A DNA stretch of 64,000 bases from the NCBI GenBank assembly GCA_951406725.2, contig OX597815.1, positions 194,556,001-194,620,000 of the forward strand, in the 5' to 3' direction. Source of the DNA: Octopus vulgaris. Its lineage: Eukaryota. Position 1 is the first letter of the stretch. Each line of letters begins with the position of its first letter. Under the pieces are notes generated by a model. The model saw nothing but the letters and a program-made list of their open reading frames with translations. It searched no databases and was not told the DNA's origin. Shown here in pieces: positions 1-13,950 of the stretch. The position numbers were made by a program, and so were the translations under genes.

Positions 1-350
1 GGAAATTAAGAGAATGAAAGAAAAACGAGAGAAAAATTTGATTGTTGTGGTCTGGCGATAGTTCTGTAAAGATCGAACTGACCCGTAATCAACGCTATTC
101 CATCTGCGACGTGGCTGCGTGTAAGACTTCATCGTCGAATGTGTCGAACCACGTTGTTAGATTTAGTTTCTATTTCTAGCAGGTCGAGTGACCACATATA
201 TTACCCCGGCTTTCGTTTGAAATCGACATCGTTTACTGTTTTACATATCAAACTAACAGGAAACCAATTTTCCTTATGTTTCTAGTAAGAACGTGATCGA
301 TACGATATTTAAACATCAAAGGAAATTAATGTGACAGAAGTTCGATAAAC

Positions 351-383
<33 letters not shown>

Positions 384-575
384 AAAGCACACGCTCATAC
401 ACACACAAAGTTTACGATATTTATACTATCTCAATATCTGAAAGGAAAATGAAAATGCTATAATTTTATATAAGTGTGAATATTTGTATTGATATCCATG
501 TAGGAAGAACTGTTCGAAAGTATGCGTCGGTTATCCAGTCTATACTCTTTATTGTAATATTCCGGTGAATGTCTA

Positions 576-990
576 AGGCGGCAAGCTGGCAGAAACGTTA
601 GCACGCCGGGCAAAATGTGTAGCCGTATTTCGTCTGCCGTTACGTTCCGAGTTCAAATTCCGCCGAGGTCGACTTTGCCTTTCATCCTTTCGGGTTCGAT
701 TAAATAAGTACCACTTACGCACTGGGGTCAATATAATCGACTTAATCCGTTTGTCTGTCCTTGTTTGTTCCCTCTGTGTTTAGCCCCTTGTGGGTCGTAA
801 AGAAATAGGTATTTCGTCTGCCGCTACATTCTTAGTTCAAATTCCGCCGAGGTCGACTTTGCCTTTCATCCTTTCGGGGTCGATAAATAAAGTACTAGTT
901 TAGCACTGACGTCCATGTAATCGAATTAATCCTTTTGTCTGTCCTTGTTTGTCCCCTCCATGTTTATCCCCTTGTGGGCAATAAAGAAAT
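576..990 (+). mobile_element. SINE family A (tRNA-like head, conserved central domain), internally duplicated copy
   Basis: Head aaggcggcaagctggcagaaacgttagc, B-box-like gagttcaaattcc, and core gaggtcgactttgcctttcatcctttcggggtcgat present twice. The same sequence recurs more than 10 times in the window. The core resembles the MetaSINE-type central domain (from memory). Confidence 0.8.
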
Positions 991-1025
991 ATATACTCTT
1001 TATTGTAATATCCCGGTGAATGTCT

Positions 1026-1130
1026 AAGGCGGTGAGCTGGAAGAATCGTTAGTACCAGTTGCATACTGGAGTCGATCTAATCGACTGGTCCCCTCCGCCC
1101 AAAATTTCGGGCCTTGTGCCTAGAGTGGAA
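1026..1130 (+). mobile_element. SINE family A, short internally deleted copy
   Basis: aaggcggtgagctggaagaatcgttag head joined to a ...gggccttgtgcctagagtgg tail that other copies share. Confidence 0.65.
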
Positions 1131-1167
1131 ATATTCCGGTGAATATTCCGGTGAATGTCTGTACTAG

Positions 1168-1545
1168 TGCATATGGTCCCGGGTTCATTCCCACTGCGTG
1201 GCAGCTTGGTTAAGCGTCTTCTACTATAGCCTCGGGCCAACCAAAGCCTTGTGAGTGGATTTGTTAAACGGAAACTGAAAGAAGTCCGTTGTATATGTAT
1301 ATATACATATATGTGTGTGTATGTGTGTGTGTTTGTGTGTTTGTGTTTGTCCCCACAACATCGCTTGAGGACCGATGCTGGTGTGTTTACGTCCCCGTAG
1401 CTTCGCGGTTCGGTAAAAAAGACCGATAGAATAAGTACTAGGCTTACAAAGAATAAGCTCTGGGGTCGATTTGCTCGACTAAAGGCGGTGCTCCAGCATG
1501 GCCGCAGTCAAATGACTGAAACAAGTAAAAGAGTAAAAGAGAGTA
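1168..1545 (+). mobile_element. SINE family B, 5'-truncated
   Basis: gggttcattcccactgcgtggc...aaggcggtgctccagcatggccgcagtcaaatgactgaaacaagtaaaagag, matching the copies at 13508, 24561 and 26481. Confidence 0.8.
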
Positions 1546-2174
1546 ATTGTAGATGTAGTGTCGTAGAATAAAGGACAAGGCAGCTGCAGATCAAACCATC
1601 ACGGTAGACTCCACATCAACTGTTCCAAACTTGTCGTCAACGGACTTCTACTGGGTTTTAGCAAAAGGTATTATTCGGGATCTGTGAGCTGCGCTTGTCA
1701 TTTCAAAATACAGCCATGTGAAATGTGTAATTGCTCTGTTAGCTAATATTTTTCACATGGTTGGTGGCATTGTGATATTTATTCCGCTTCCTTGCGATCT
1801 GTTTTCTGTTCTGCCTTTGTCTTTCATCCTTTCGCAGTCGATAAAATAAAGTACCAGTCAAGTACTGCGGATAATCTAATTAATTAACTCTGACTTCCTA
1901 GCAAAAGGAAAAAAAACCCAAAAAAAAAACCGAATTTCTTGCATTGCACTAATATAAGAAATTACTATGTTCTGGGTTCAAATACTTTCATCCGTTCGTG
2001 ATCGGAAATTAAAGGCTCAATCAAATACCGGGGTCGATCGCATAAGCTAACGCATTCCCTTCTACATTTCAAATCATGAAACTATGCCAGAAACAATTAT
2101 TTAGTTTATTTTCAGTTTATAACATCAACTTATTGAGTACAAAGACCTTTGAATATCCTGGGGTCCTTGTGAGT

Positions 2175-2332
2175 AAAGTTCTGAGTTCAAGTTCCGCCGA
2201 GGTCGACTTTCCCTTTCATCCTTTCGGGGTCGATAAATTAAGTACCAGTTACGCACTGGGGCCGATGTAATCGACTTAATCCCTTTGTTTGTCCCCTCTC
2301 TGTTTAGCCCCTTGTTGGCAATACAGAAATAA
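2175..2332 (+). mobile_element. SINE family A, partial
   Basis: Core gaggtcgactttccctttcatcctttcggggtcgataaattaagtacc and tail gccccttgttggcaata. Confidence 0.75.
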
Positions 2333-3057
2333 GAATCACTTTCCAGAATAAACGCCAACATTCGATCTAATAGTTTAGGAAATAATAACACAGAACCTAG
2401 GAAATATTTTATGGTAAACAATATGAGTCGTAAACAATGAGTTTATATCAATAATCTTTGATGTTCAAAATTGTCTTTATCTTGAACGATACCTAGTTCG
2501 TGACTCAATGTTTTGTTTATTAAAGTAGATATACCTCAACTCTATTAAGCTTCAAACTTATACCAAGGCAATATTTACTTTCTCACATATCTTTTTGTTA
2601 TCACCAAAGAATATAACACAAAAATTACATTATCAATGCAATCCAAAAAGCAAACATATGACGAATGAATGTGTTTTTTTTAAAATTTATTTATACCACT
2701 ATGAAACATTTGACTTGTGTAATATTTGCGTTATGGAACAGAATATATTTAAAAAAGAAAAACTATAACAAAGAGAATGATGATTATTTGTAGCGCTGAT
2801 CATATATTGCTTTTATTTAAATAGTATTTTTAAAGCTTGAAACAAAAGCTCAGGCATATACTGACGCACATGTACACACGTGCATACACACACACATTAG
2901 CGCACAAGCATGCAAGCAAACACATGTACAAACGTTGGTATTATTCTCTTGTGTTACTTAAGGAAAAGAAAAGCATCCATTTCCCTTGGCTGAATTTTAT
3001 CAAATATATTATCAGATATAAGAAGCATGACAATGTTTTTGCCCTGAGGGATTTTAT

Positions 3058-3096
3058 ATCTATCTATCTACCTACCTACACATCTTTCTACCTTCA

Positions 3097-3178
<82 letters not shown>

Positions 3179-3188
3179 CCTACCTACA

Positions 3189-3276
<88 letters not shown>
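3058..3276. repeat. (TATC)n microsatellite
   Basis: Read directly from the sequence. Confidence 0.95.
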
Positions 3277-3534
3277 AAATAATGCTTATTGCACTGGAGC
3301 AAAAGAAACAACGAGTACAAAGAACTCAGTAGTGTATTATTCATACGCCTGAATATCTATTACAGTTACAGTGGTATCTTTCGAATTTCGAGGTTGTAAT
3401 AGGTACGAAAAATATGGGTTATATTTAGATAATGGGGGGTTGGCTGAGGCATGGTATATATATATACCTTGGCCCTTTTCGTCTATGCAGAAAGTCAATT
3501 TAGCTTAGAGGTCACTTAACCGAACATATCAGGG

Positions 3535-4330
3535 GCTCCCTTTCTTGCAACTTCTTTGATGGCTGATTCTTCCTATGATTGAAGCGCAGCTTCTGTCACA
3601 GTACTTGCATGCCAAGAGCGTGGCTCGGTGCTTTGCATTTCTGTTGTTTTCCTTTCGCCGCTGACGCTTCTCAACTTGTTTGTTTCTGTAGCTGCTCCCT
3701 AGCAAAAGCCGTTTCTTCCTTCACCATAGTTCTGTCCTCAGCCCTCTCTTCCCAGGTGCTGACATCCACCTCACACTTCGACAAACTAGTTTTGCAAGTG
3801 TCCTTATACCTCAGTTTTGGTATTCCTCTTGGTCTCTTGCCCTGGGCCAGTTCTCCATAGAGCTGTTGCTCCGGGATACGATGGTCATCCATTCTCCTGC
3901 CATGCCCCCAGCCACCTCAGTCTTCTCATATACAACATAGCTGTCATGCTTTGAATATTCGCCTGCGCCAGCACTTCAACATTGGTGACCTTGTCGCGCC
4001 ACGTTAGGCCTAAGATCTTGTGGAGGCATTTGAGATGGAAAATGCCGAAGCAACTTTCCTGTCTGCTGTACAAGGTCCATGTTTCAGGTCCATGGAGGAG
4101 TGTGCTGAGAACACATGCTTCATAAATCCTGATCTTTGTCTTGATGTCAAAACTCCTGTTCTTCCATACTCGTTTTGTCGGTCTTCCAAAAGTTGTTGCT
4201 GCCTTCCCTATCCTGACATTGATCTCGTCATGAAGTGAAGTAGTAGAGGAAATGGTAGACCCTAGATAGCAGAAACTGTCCACTGTCTCAAGCTCTTTGT
4301 CATCAGGCTTGATATGGCCTTTTACTGCGC
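3535..4330 (-). mobile_element. RTE-clade LINE 3' fragment (end of RT and C-terminal region), frameshifted
   Basis: ORFs 3885-4283 (FCYLGSTIS...LSTLLHGPETWT...RRLRWLG) and 3671-3892 (RIPEQQLYGEL..GKRPRG.PKLRYKD) are typical RTE/BovB-like ORF C-terminal motifs. Confidence 0.9.
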
Positions 4331-4373
4331 CCTCCTGAGTGATTGGCTTGTTTTAATCAAAATTATCGACTAA

Positions 4374-4980
<607 letters not shown>

Positions 4981-6020
4981 TAAGCAATTAAAACAAATCG
5001 GAAAATCGGGCAAAATGTTGCTCATGTCTTTGCCATTGGATAAGAATCACAAGTGCAATATTTCAATTCAGAGGAAGAAAACGGAATCGACTCTGAGAAT
5101 CATTAGTTTTACATCAAATACAAAGGACTAAAACATTAGTCCTTTATATTAGTCAAAGACCAATGAGCGCTTATATTGATCCTGCTCTTCTCAAGTTCAC
5201 ATATGATACAAAGGAATCGAACTTTATACTATCAACGATTAAAACCGTTGCCGTAGCTTCGGCTAGCTACCAGCAGCTTAACTCTTGTTCTACTGCTCAC
5301 ATCATATGAAATCTCTATATTTACGAATATAATCAATATCAAAGCTAAATTCTTAATAAAGATAAAATATGTAAAAAAAAAAAAAAAACGACACGAAACA
5401 GAGGACGAATAAATGGATGTATTGCATATCGATATGCCATGATATTCAATTTTTTAGATGTGCCAACGCACTTGTACTTAGTTTATACTCTTTTACGTCA
5501 AAAATAATGACCTCCGAGCAAAAGTGTGACGTTTTTACGAAACTTAGACTCTTCTTCTGTTGGAGTAAGTACTTTCAGAATTTGATATCCATTACACAAG
5601 ATATTTATTTGAAACTGTTTCAACTTAACATTTATAGTCATCTCCTTAACTTGCACTACAACAAAATTTTCAACTCAGTGAAGTAGTATTCACAAGTGGT
5701 TTCTTCGCTGGTCGTCTTCCTTCTACCCCTTTCGTTGAAGTATTTCATTATTGATAATACTATTCCATGTGCAGCTTCGAATCTAGCACAATCACGGTTC
5801 TATGTCCGTTTCTGAAGAATCTAGAATTTATAAGTAGTTACTGAATTTATTCCATCCATTTTTCTTGTTTCTCTCACGAATAAAATTATATGCTTGTACT
5901 GCCTCTACATTTCTATATCTAACATTTTCTTTTCGCTGGTTGCTACAACATCTCCGCTTCTTTGTCACTTTATATGTTTGATATACAAGTCTCTTGCTCT
6001 TTACCCGAATAGCCCAATCT

Positions 6021-6455
6021 CCGAGCTGGCAGAATCGTCAGCACGCCAGGCGAAATGCTTAGCGGTAATTCGTCTGCTGTTACGTTCTGATTTCAAATTC
6101 CACCGAGGTCGAATTTGCCTTTCATTCTTTCGGGGTCGATGAAATAAGTACCAGTTACGCACTGGGGTCGATACAATCGACTTAATCCGTTTGTCTGTCC
6201 TTGTTTGTCTGTCCTTGTTTGTCCTCTCTGTGTTTAGCCCCTTGTGGGTAGTAAAGAAATAGAAATATGTATTTCGTCTGCCGCTACGTTCTGATTTCAA
6301 ATTCCGCCGAGGTCGACTTTGCCTTTCATCCTTTTGGGGTCGATTAAATAAGTACCAGTTACGAACTGGGGTAGATCTAATCAACTTTATCCGTCTGTCT
6401 CTCCTTGTTTGTCTCCTCCATGTTTAGCCCCCTGTGAGCAATAAAGAAATAAATA
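6021..6455 (+). mobile_element. SINE family A, dimeric copy
   Basis: Head plus two core and tail units. Confidence 0.8.
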
Positions 6456-7140
6456 AATCTCCAGTCATCCTTTAAATTCTTCCATCCATTCCTCCATTCG
6501 GTCCTTCCTTCCTTCCTTTCCTTCCTTCCTTCCTTCCTTCCTTCCTTCCTTCCTTCCTTCCTTCCTTTCATCCATCCATCCACACAACACCCCTCTCATA
6601 CTCTTACCCACTGTGCCTCAAATTTCAACGGGGTTTACGTTATTTATTCTGCAACTATCTAGTAGCAAAACTTTAGCATTTTCTACCAAAGTACAACAAT
6701 ATACACGTATTCATACATACAAACATACATATCCCCTACACATACATACATACATACATACATACATACATACATACATACATACATACATACATACATA
6801 ACATACATACATACCTACATACGTACATACATACATACGTACATATATACATACATACGTGCATACGTACATACGTACATACGTACATACATACATGAAG
6901 TCAACTGTGTGTAGAAAAAGATGTCTACTCTATCCCCTGGGTTTCCGTTATGAATAAAAGTTATTGACCTAAAATTCACACCGGTATCTTTATTCGAACT
7001 GGGTTGACGATCTTAATAGGACATGGTAACGTACATATATGCATGCAAACATACACGCATACATACATGCATACATACATACATACATACATACATACAT
7101 ACATACATACATACATACATACATACATACATACATACAT

Positions 7141-7385
7141 ACTCTAGCCAGATTACAAGTTCAGGTTTATATCTGTAATTATTGGAGCCCTGAGATATGT
7201 AACACACTGCTTAAATATCACTCTTGAGAAATTAGGCTTCAGAAAGGAAAAAGCTAATTCGAAGACTACAGATCCAATCCATCAGTGGAACGGTAAAAAT
7301 CTGTAAAACTTTCCAGAAATTTATCATTTAAATATATATGTGTCTATATATACAACTATATGAATGAGAATATATACATAAAACG
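7141..7385 (+). mobile_element. 3' end of an REL-endonuclease LINE (Dong/R4-like), adjacent to (CATA)n
   Basis: Translates to PDYKFRFISVIIGAL.YVTHCL...KLIRRLQIQSISGTVKICKTFQKFII*. Homologous to 28239 and 33131. Confidence 0.65.
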
Positions 7386-7471
7386 TTCAAATATGCACAT
7401 ACATACATATATACATACATGCATGCATGCTTACTTACATACTTGCATGCATACATACATACATACATAAC

Positions 7472-7567
7472 ATGTTGATGTTGAAATTCCAATGAAGGAG
7501 CCTTGGATCTAGATTGGAAACCGGTTCTTTCTCTACTGGCAAGAAACCTCGGAATAAATTGAATAAC
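7472..7567 (+). repeat. ~95 bp dispersed repeat associated with (CATA)n
   Basis: tgttgatgttgaaattccaatgaaggagccttggatctag.ttggaaaccggttctttctc; also at 32643-32741 (+) and 22185-22281 (-). Confidence 0.75.
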
Positions 7568-7951
7568 GACATACATACATATATGCATACATACATACAT
7601 ACATACACACATACATAACATACATAAGTTCACATGCAGTACGTGCACACGCACATACACACACATATATGTGTAGAGAGATAAATATATATATTCGTAC
7701 ACGAATATCAACGTTCATACGTTGTAACGCAAGACATACTTTGATATTAAGACGCGTGCAATTAACGTTCATCCGGAGGCAAGACTCTAAATCATACAAA
7801 TATAGCGATCTTGAAAGAGGCTGATATTACATTCAAATGTTTCATCAAAGCCATCTACACATCATTTACGCTTTAGTTTTTAACATACATACCACAACAA
7901 AATCAGCAACCCAACCACCACTTCAGCTAAAATTCATACTTGACGTACACG

Positions 7952-8059
7952 AAAAATAAAAGAATACTTTACGAATTTGCGTGTCGTCCTTGCGCAGGAG
8001 ACATACAAATCATCTCTGTATCGTTCTAGCTTTAGAATATGTACTGCGGAATATATAAA
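7952..8059 (-). pseudogene. U6: Degenerate U6 snRNA copy 1
   Basis: Minus strand reads TTCCGCAGTACATATTCTAAAGCTAGAACGATACAGAGATGATTTGTATGTCTCCTGCGCAAGGACGACACGCAAATTCGTAAAGTATTCTTTTATTTTT, colinear with metazoan U6. The ACAGAGA box is kept; the AGC triad and 5' stem are altered. Confidence 0.9.
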
Positions 8060-8611
8060 AATTGGATAGAATGGAGAGAGCACTTTAAATCATAAGCTCG
8101 CTCGATCAATCCTAATTTGAGCAAAACAACAACAACAATCATAACGGCAACAGTATCAACATCAACATTAGAATATTAGACATTTCATACTTGACTTCAG
8201 CTAAAAATATTTTAAAGTGCAAGTCAAGCAGATTGCTAAATTAATCTTAAGTATTGAATGTTCGGAGCCAATATATGCAAATAATATTTCTATGAATAAT
8301 ACAATTAATAATGTTAGTTTTGATAATTTTAAAAAACCAAAATAATATGAAATAAAAGAGCTCTCAAGCTGAGCTTTGCGTGAAATACAATCACGATTAA
8401 TATTTGTCGAAGATTTTTATAAACATCATCGTATATCTATAGATATTAAATTTAAATGAGACAATAAATAGATGACATCGTCAAGGTCCTGACTGCCTGT
8501 AACAGCTGTGCAACGAGAAAATTGTACGAGTCATATATTCTAGTAATTTGAGTCTAAAAGACATAATTTTGTGCAAAGTCTGAATAAACTATGGACTAAA
8601 TCTGCCAAATA

Positions 8612-8842
8612 TAATAATAATAATAATAATAATAATTGTGTACAGTGCTCAGGTGCACTACAACTCATCTAAAGTGTATATATAATCAGGTGTAGTTTCG
8701 GCGGATTTCGGAAAGCATGAGGGCCTTAAAGGATGCAGTGTCATGGCAGTCAACAACTGACGCAGGCAGTTTATTCCATGCTTCAGCAACTCTGAGCGTG
8801 AAAAAATGTTTCCGAAAGTCATGGGAGCTGTGTTGTTTTCTG
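8612..8842 (-). mobile_element. CR1-like LINE 3' fragment with (TTA)n tail
   Basis: Minus strand translates RKQHSSHDFRKHFFTLRVAEAWNKLPASVVDCHDTASFK, the FF..RV...WN.LP...FK C-terminal motif of CR1/L2 ORF2. Confidence 0.8.
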
Positions 8843-9074
8843 TTATCCATCACAATACATTCAAACTGCTATAAAAGGCACCCAAATGTCCCGCAACTTA
8901 AATCCCACCAATTTTAAAAGGGACGAGCGCATTGTATAACATATAATATATTTCCAGTGGCATTATCTTTTATTTCACACTTTTTATTTGAGTTTAGTCA
9001 TTAGGCTGTGGTCATCCTGGGACACCTGGGGCACTATTGCTGGGGCAGTGCCTTGAAAAATGAAAAAAAAGGGA

Positions 9075-9470
9075 GCAAGCGTGGCTGTGTGGTAAGGCGC
9101 AGGTAAATAGCTTGCTTACCAACCACATGGTTCCGGGCTCACTCCTACTACGTGGCAACTTGGGCAAGTGTCTTCTACTATAGCCTCGGGCGGACCAAAG
9201 CCTTGTGAGTGGATTTAGTAGACGGAAACTGAAAGAAGTCCGTCGTATATATGTATATATATGTATGTGTGTGTGTGTGTGTTTGTCCCCCCAAAATCGC
9301 TTGACAACCGATGCTGGTGTATTTTGCGGTTCTGCAAAAGAGACCTATAGAATAAGTATTAAGCTTACAAAGAATAAGTCTTGGGGTCTATTTGCTCGAC
9401 TAAAGGCGGTGCTCCAGCATGGCCACAGTCAAATGACTGAAACAAATAAAAGAGTAAAGAGTAAGAAGAG
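9075..9470 (+). mobile_element. SINE family B, followed by a second partial copy to ~9628
   Basis: gtggctgtgtggtaag head, ttgggcaagtgtctt CORE-like motif, shared 3' tail. Confidence 0.8.
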
Positions 9471-9629
9471 AGTAGGTGCAGACGTGGCTGTGTGGTAAGA
9501 TACTTGCTTCCCCCAACCAATATGTTTCTGGCTTGGGTCCCACTTCGTGGCATCCTTTACTAATATCTTTTCCTTCAAGGCGGTGCTCCAGCATGACTAC
9601 AGTCAAACGATTGAAACAAGTAAAAGATG

Positions 9630-9737
9630 AAAAATAAAAGAATACTTTACGAATTTGCGTGTCGTCCTTGCGCAGAAGACATACAAATCATCTCTGTATC
9701 GTTCTAGCTTCAGAATATGTACTGCGGAATATATAAA
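9630..9737 (-). pseudogene. U6: Degenerate U6 snRNA copy 2
   Basis: Near-identical to 7952-8059 at an offset of 1678 bp. Confidence 0.9.
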
Positions 9738-10272
9738 AATTGGATAGAATGGAGAGAGCACTTTAAATCATAAGCACGCTCGATCAATCCTAATTTGAGC
9801 AAAACAACAACAACAATCATAACGGCAACAGTATCAACATCAACATTACAATATTAGACATTTCATACTTGACTTCAGCTAAAAATATTTTAAAGTGCAA
9901 GTCAAGCAGATTGCTAAATTAATCTAAAGTATTGAATGTTCCGAGCCAATATATGCAAATAATATTTCTATGAATAATACAATTAATAATGAAACACTAA
10001 TAACATTCACAAAATCAAGGACAATAGCGATGTGAGAGCGGAGATAGAGGTCAGCAGCATTTCTTCTGAAGTTCACACAAACGCTTAACGAACAGATGAA
10101 TACGGAACTTTCATTAACATTTTACGACTTGTTCAGGATTAATCGGTAGTTTGTGTACAAAATACGAACATAAAAGTCCATCCTTTTGATATAAACCTAT
10201 AGAACTTGATGTCGCCTGCGCAATAGATCGAAATAGCATCTCGCAGTGAGCGTTATATATAAATATAATTCT

Positions 10273-10646
10273 TATTTATTTCTTTACTGCCCACAAGGGG
10301 CTACACACAGAGGGGACAAACTGGTACTTATTTAATCGACCTCGAAAGGATGAAAGGCAAAGTCGACCTCGGTGGAATTTGAACTCAGAACGAAGCGGCA
10401 GACGAAATACCTATTTCGTTACTACCCACAACGGGTTAAACACAGAGGGGACCAACAAGGACAGACAAACGGATTAAGTCGATTATATCGACCCCAGTGC
10501 GTAACTGGTACTTATTTAATCGACCTCAAAAGGATGAAAGGCAAAGTCGACCTCGGCGGAATTTGAACTCAGAGTGTAGCGGCAGACGAAATACCGGTAA
10601 GCATTTCGCCCGGCGCGCTAACGTTTCTGCCAGCTCGCCGCCTTTT
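10273..10646 (-). mobile_element. SINE family A dimer with 15-bp TSD
   Basis: Family A sequence flanked by tataaatataattct at 10258-10272 and 10647-10661. Confidence 0.85.
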
Positions 10647-12294
10647 TATAAATATAATTCTAGAGTAAGTTATATTTACCGCGGTAATTCATAAAATACA
10701 CGCGATAAAAGGCATGTCCTGACAAAAAGATAGGATCTGCATTGATAAATCTGAAGACTGAAGATAGAACAATCGAAACGAGAACAATAAATGTAAACAA
10801 CAAAGAAAAATATAAACAAAACAAAGAAGTAACCAATACGAATAGTTCAAAGACTTTCAGATAAAAGGAATATTATTAGAATCTGAAAATCAAGACCAAA
10901 TTAGAATACAAAACTGTTGTCTGAGACAACAAAATATAAATCAATTCTCTGTCGTATACGGCAGCTTTCGATTTGGAACAAGAATTTAAAAATAAAAAAA
11001 GAGGGCATTTATGGATCACTAATGATGAGTTTTATAGATCTTGTGTAGAAAATAAAGGTTTGCTTAAATAACCGTTATCACAAGAATGGCAGGATTCGTG
11101 AACTCGCTCCAGTTCATACATTACTGACGATCTCCATATCTGGTAATGACAATCTGCAATGGCTCCTTTATACTTAAAGTGTGATGAGTTCAAATTCCAC
11201 CGGTGTCATGTTTGCCTTTCATCGTTTCGGGGTCGATAAAATAGATACCAGTTGAATACTGGGGTCGATTTAATTGATCTAGTCGCTCCTTCAAACCTGC
11301 TGGTCTTGCACCAAAATTTGAAACCAATATTAAAAGGGTGAATAGTTGCTCACAGAATGCTAAAAAGAACAAAATAGTCATAATTTTTTAAAATTTTAAT
11401 CGTTTATACTCTTATCAGATATGGCGGAGAGGGCGTTTAAATAAGGCTTTAAACCCCAACCAGGAACACACAAACGCATACACACACACACAAACGCACA
11501 CACACATATATACGTACACACGCACACAAATACATACATTCACACACAGCCTCAAACACGCAGACTCAAATACAGATAAACATATACAGAAAGGCACGTA
11601 CATTTGTCGGTATGTATCTACTTGTGTATTCCGTCAGGTTAACAGCTTGCCAATCAAAGATAAATTTTGTAGATGGTACAACTCACAGGAATAAAGCTGC
11701 TGGGTATTTTTAGTTTTACAACGTAGAGATCAAAGAAACGCTTATTATATATTATCAAATTACTAAGATGTCACGCAAGTTGGGTTTTGCATTAAGCCTT
11801 AGTATCATTTCCGAAATCTCATGGCGAGGAATTCCTGAGCACGTAGTGAAGAAATAACTAAAGTAATCCGCAGCTATATACATTCATATGTTCACATACA
11901 CAGACACACACACACACATGTGTGTATACTCATATATACTCATATCAACGTTCAATAACAGACAAACAAAACGTAGAATCAAGCACATACATACACACAT
12001 ACAACAACCCACACACACACATGTGCACGCACAAACACAGATACTCACACATATATACAGGCATACTGTCTCACACACACACATATATATATACATATGT
12101 ATTTATGTGTGAGTATATATATATATCACGAATCAAAGGAAATGACATGATTTGAAGCCGAAATAAAGACGGGAAGATTTAGAAATTATAAGTTTCCAAG
12201 AATTACTGCACAGAGTCAGCGAGTCTACATACAATTTTAGCAATATCATAAAGTTTGCTGATAAAATGTGTGTGTGTAGTTCAAATTTACAGAT

Positions 12295-12480
12295 TAACAA
12301 ATGAAAAAAAAAACAGGTGTAGGGAACAACGAGCAAGTGTATTAGTTTGGCACTCGGGAAATTTGGAAAAGTCTTTTAAGTTTCGAGCCTATGCTCTTCG
12401 ACAGAAAGGTATAAGAGGGAATAAATAGAGAGAGAATGAAAGCAAAAAACGTGTTGACTTTAGTGGTTCAACATGGTGAA
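12295..12480 (-). mobile_element. Short microsatellite-associated element, hammerhead-like family b2
   Basis: Minus strand ctgtcga-a-gagc-atag-gctc-gaaac. Homologous to 12557, 22826, 29190 and 42163. Confidence 0.6.
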
Positions 12481-12556
12481 ATGTGTGTGTGTGTGTATGT
12501 GTGTGTATGTGTGTGTGTATGTGTGTGAGTATATATATTTTTATATATATATATAT

Positions 12557-12760
12557 AGGGAGAGAATTCACACTAAAAAAGCAAAAGACGAAGACAGGTG
12601 CTGTAGACAACAATCAGCTGTATTAGTTTAACGCTCGGGAAGTGTAAAAGTCTTTAACATTTCGAGCCTACGCTCTTCTACAGAAAGGAACACGGAAAGA
12701 AACAAGGAGAGAAAATAAAGAGAGAAAATAAAGACTGTGTAGTGGCTAGCGAGCTATAGT
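12557..12760 (-). mobile_element. Short (TA)n-anchored element, hammerhead-like family b2
   Basis: Starts at (TA)n; contains aaaagacgaagacaggtg...tttcgagcctacgctcttctacagaaagg. Confidence 0.65.
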
Positions 12761-12823
12761 CTCGCTCTTACCAAAGTGCTGTGAATGGATTTGGTCGATG
12801 AAAACTGAGAGAAGCCCGTCCTA

Positions 12824-12862
<39 letters not shown>

Positions 12863-12990
12863 ATATATGTTTGTATGTGTGAGAGTGGGTGCACGCGCGT
12901 GTGTCAAACAACCTCAGAGAAAAATTTCAACGCTGTTTGTGAGTATACAAACCAACTGGTTGGAACCAGTCTGTAATTCATAAACGTATG

Positions 12991-13320
12991 AAGGCGGGTG
13001 GCGTTTTGTGGTTAGGGTATCTAGCTCACGATCGTAATGTCGTGAGTTCGATCGCTGGCGACGCGTCGTTGTGTCCTTGAGCAAGACAATTTGTATTACA
13101 TTGCTCCAGTTCATTCAATTGGTCAAAATGAGCAATACTTCCATTTCGAAATGCCAGCCTCGTCATTTTTATGTCACACTGAATCTCCTTTGTAACTATG
13201 TTACGAGTAAGTGTGTCTGTGATATGTTCAGCCTCTTGCATGTTAATTTCACGAGCAGGATGTTCCGTTGATTGGATAAACTGGAACCTATGTCGCCTAA
13301 ACCAATGGAGTGCCAGTATT
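12991..13320 (+). mobile_element. SINE family C (tRNA head; 3' domain with cacgttaatttcacgagcagg)
   Basis: A/B-box-like gtggttaggg...gagttcgatc. The 3' half is shared with 23589 and 57999. Confidence 0.7.
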
Positions 13321-13507
13321 CGCAAACCAACGTATTCCAAACACTAACATATACGGAAACAAAACTTGCAAAGAATCCTAATTTGACTTAAATGTGCCAA
13401 GTACTAATAAATATGATATAAGAAACAGATTATAACCAATTCACAAATTCTACATACTAACCTTTACGACGAAATAAAATAAAATTTACAAATAAAAATT
13501 AATAATA

Positions 13508-13930
13508 GGCCCAGGAGTGGCTGTGTGGTAAGTAGCTTGTTTACCAACCACATCGTTCCGGGTTCAGTCCCACTGCGCGGCACCTTGGGCAAGTGTTTTC
13601 TGCTATAGCCTCGGGCCGACCAAAGCCTTGTGAGTGGATTTGGTAGACGGAAACTGAAAGAAGCCCGTCGTATATATTTATATATATATATATATGTGTG
13701 TGTGCGTGTATGTTTGTATGTCTGTGTTTGTCCCCCCAACATCGCTTGACAACCGATGCTGGTGTGTTTATGTCCCCGTCACTTAGCGGTTCGGCAAAAG
13801 AGACCAATAGAATAAGTACTGGGCTTACAAAGAATAAGTCCCGGGGTCGTGTTGCTCGATTAAAGGCGGTGCTCCAGCATGGCCGCAGTCAAATGACTGA
13901 AACAAGTAAAAGAGTAAAGAGAGAGTAAAG
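13508..13930 (+). mobile_element. SINE family B, full length
   Basis: tRNA-like head (tggctgtgtggt, gggttcagtccc), caccttgggcaagtg CORE-like motif, internal (TA/TG)n, tail (gtaaaaga)n. Confidence 0.85.
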
Positions 13931-13950
13931 AGAATTACTACTATACATAT

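Larger units (their letters stand above)
7951..9991. repeat. Local 363-bp direct duplication (7951-8313 and 9629-9991)
   Basis: The two segments align without indels and with few substitutions. Confidence 0.9.
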
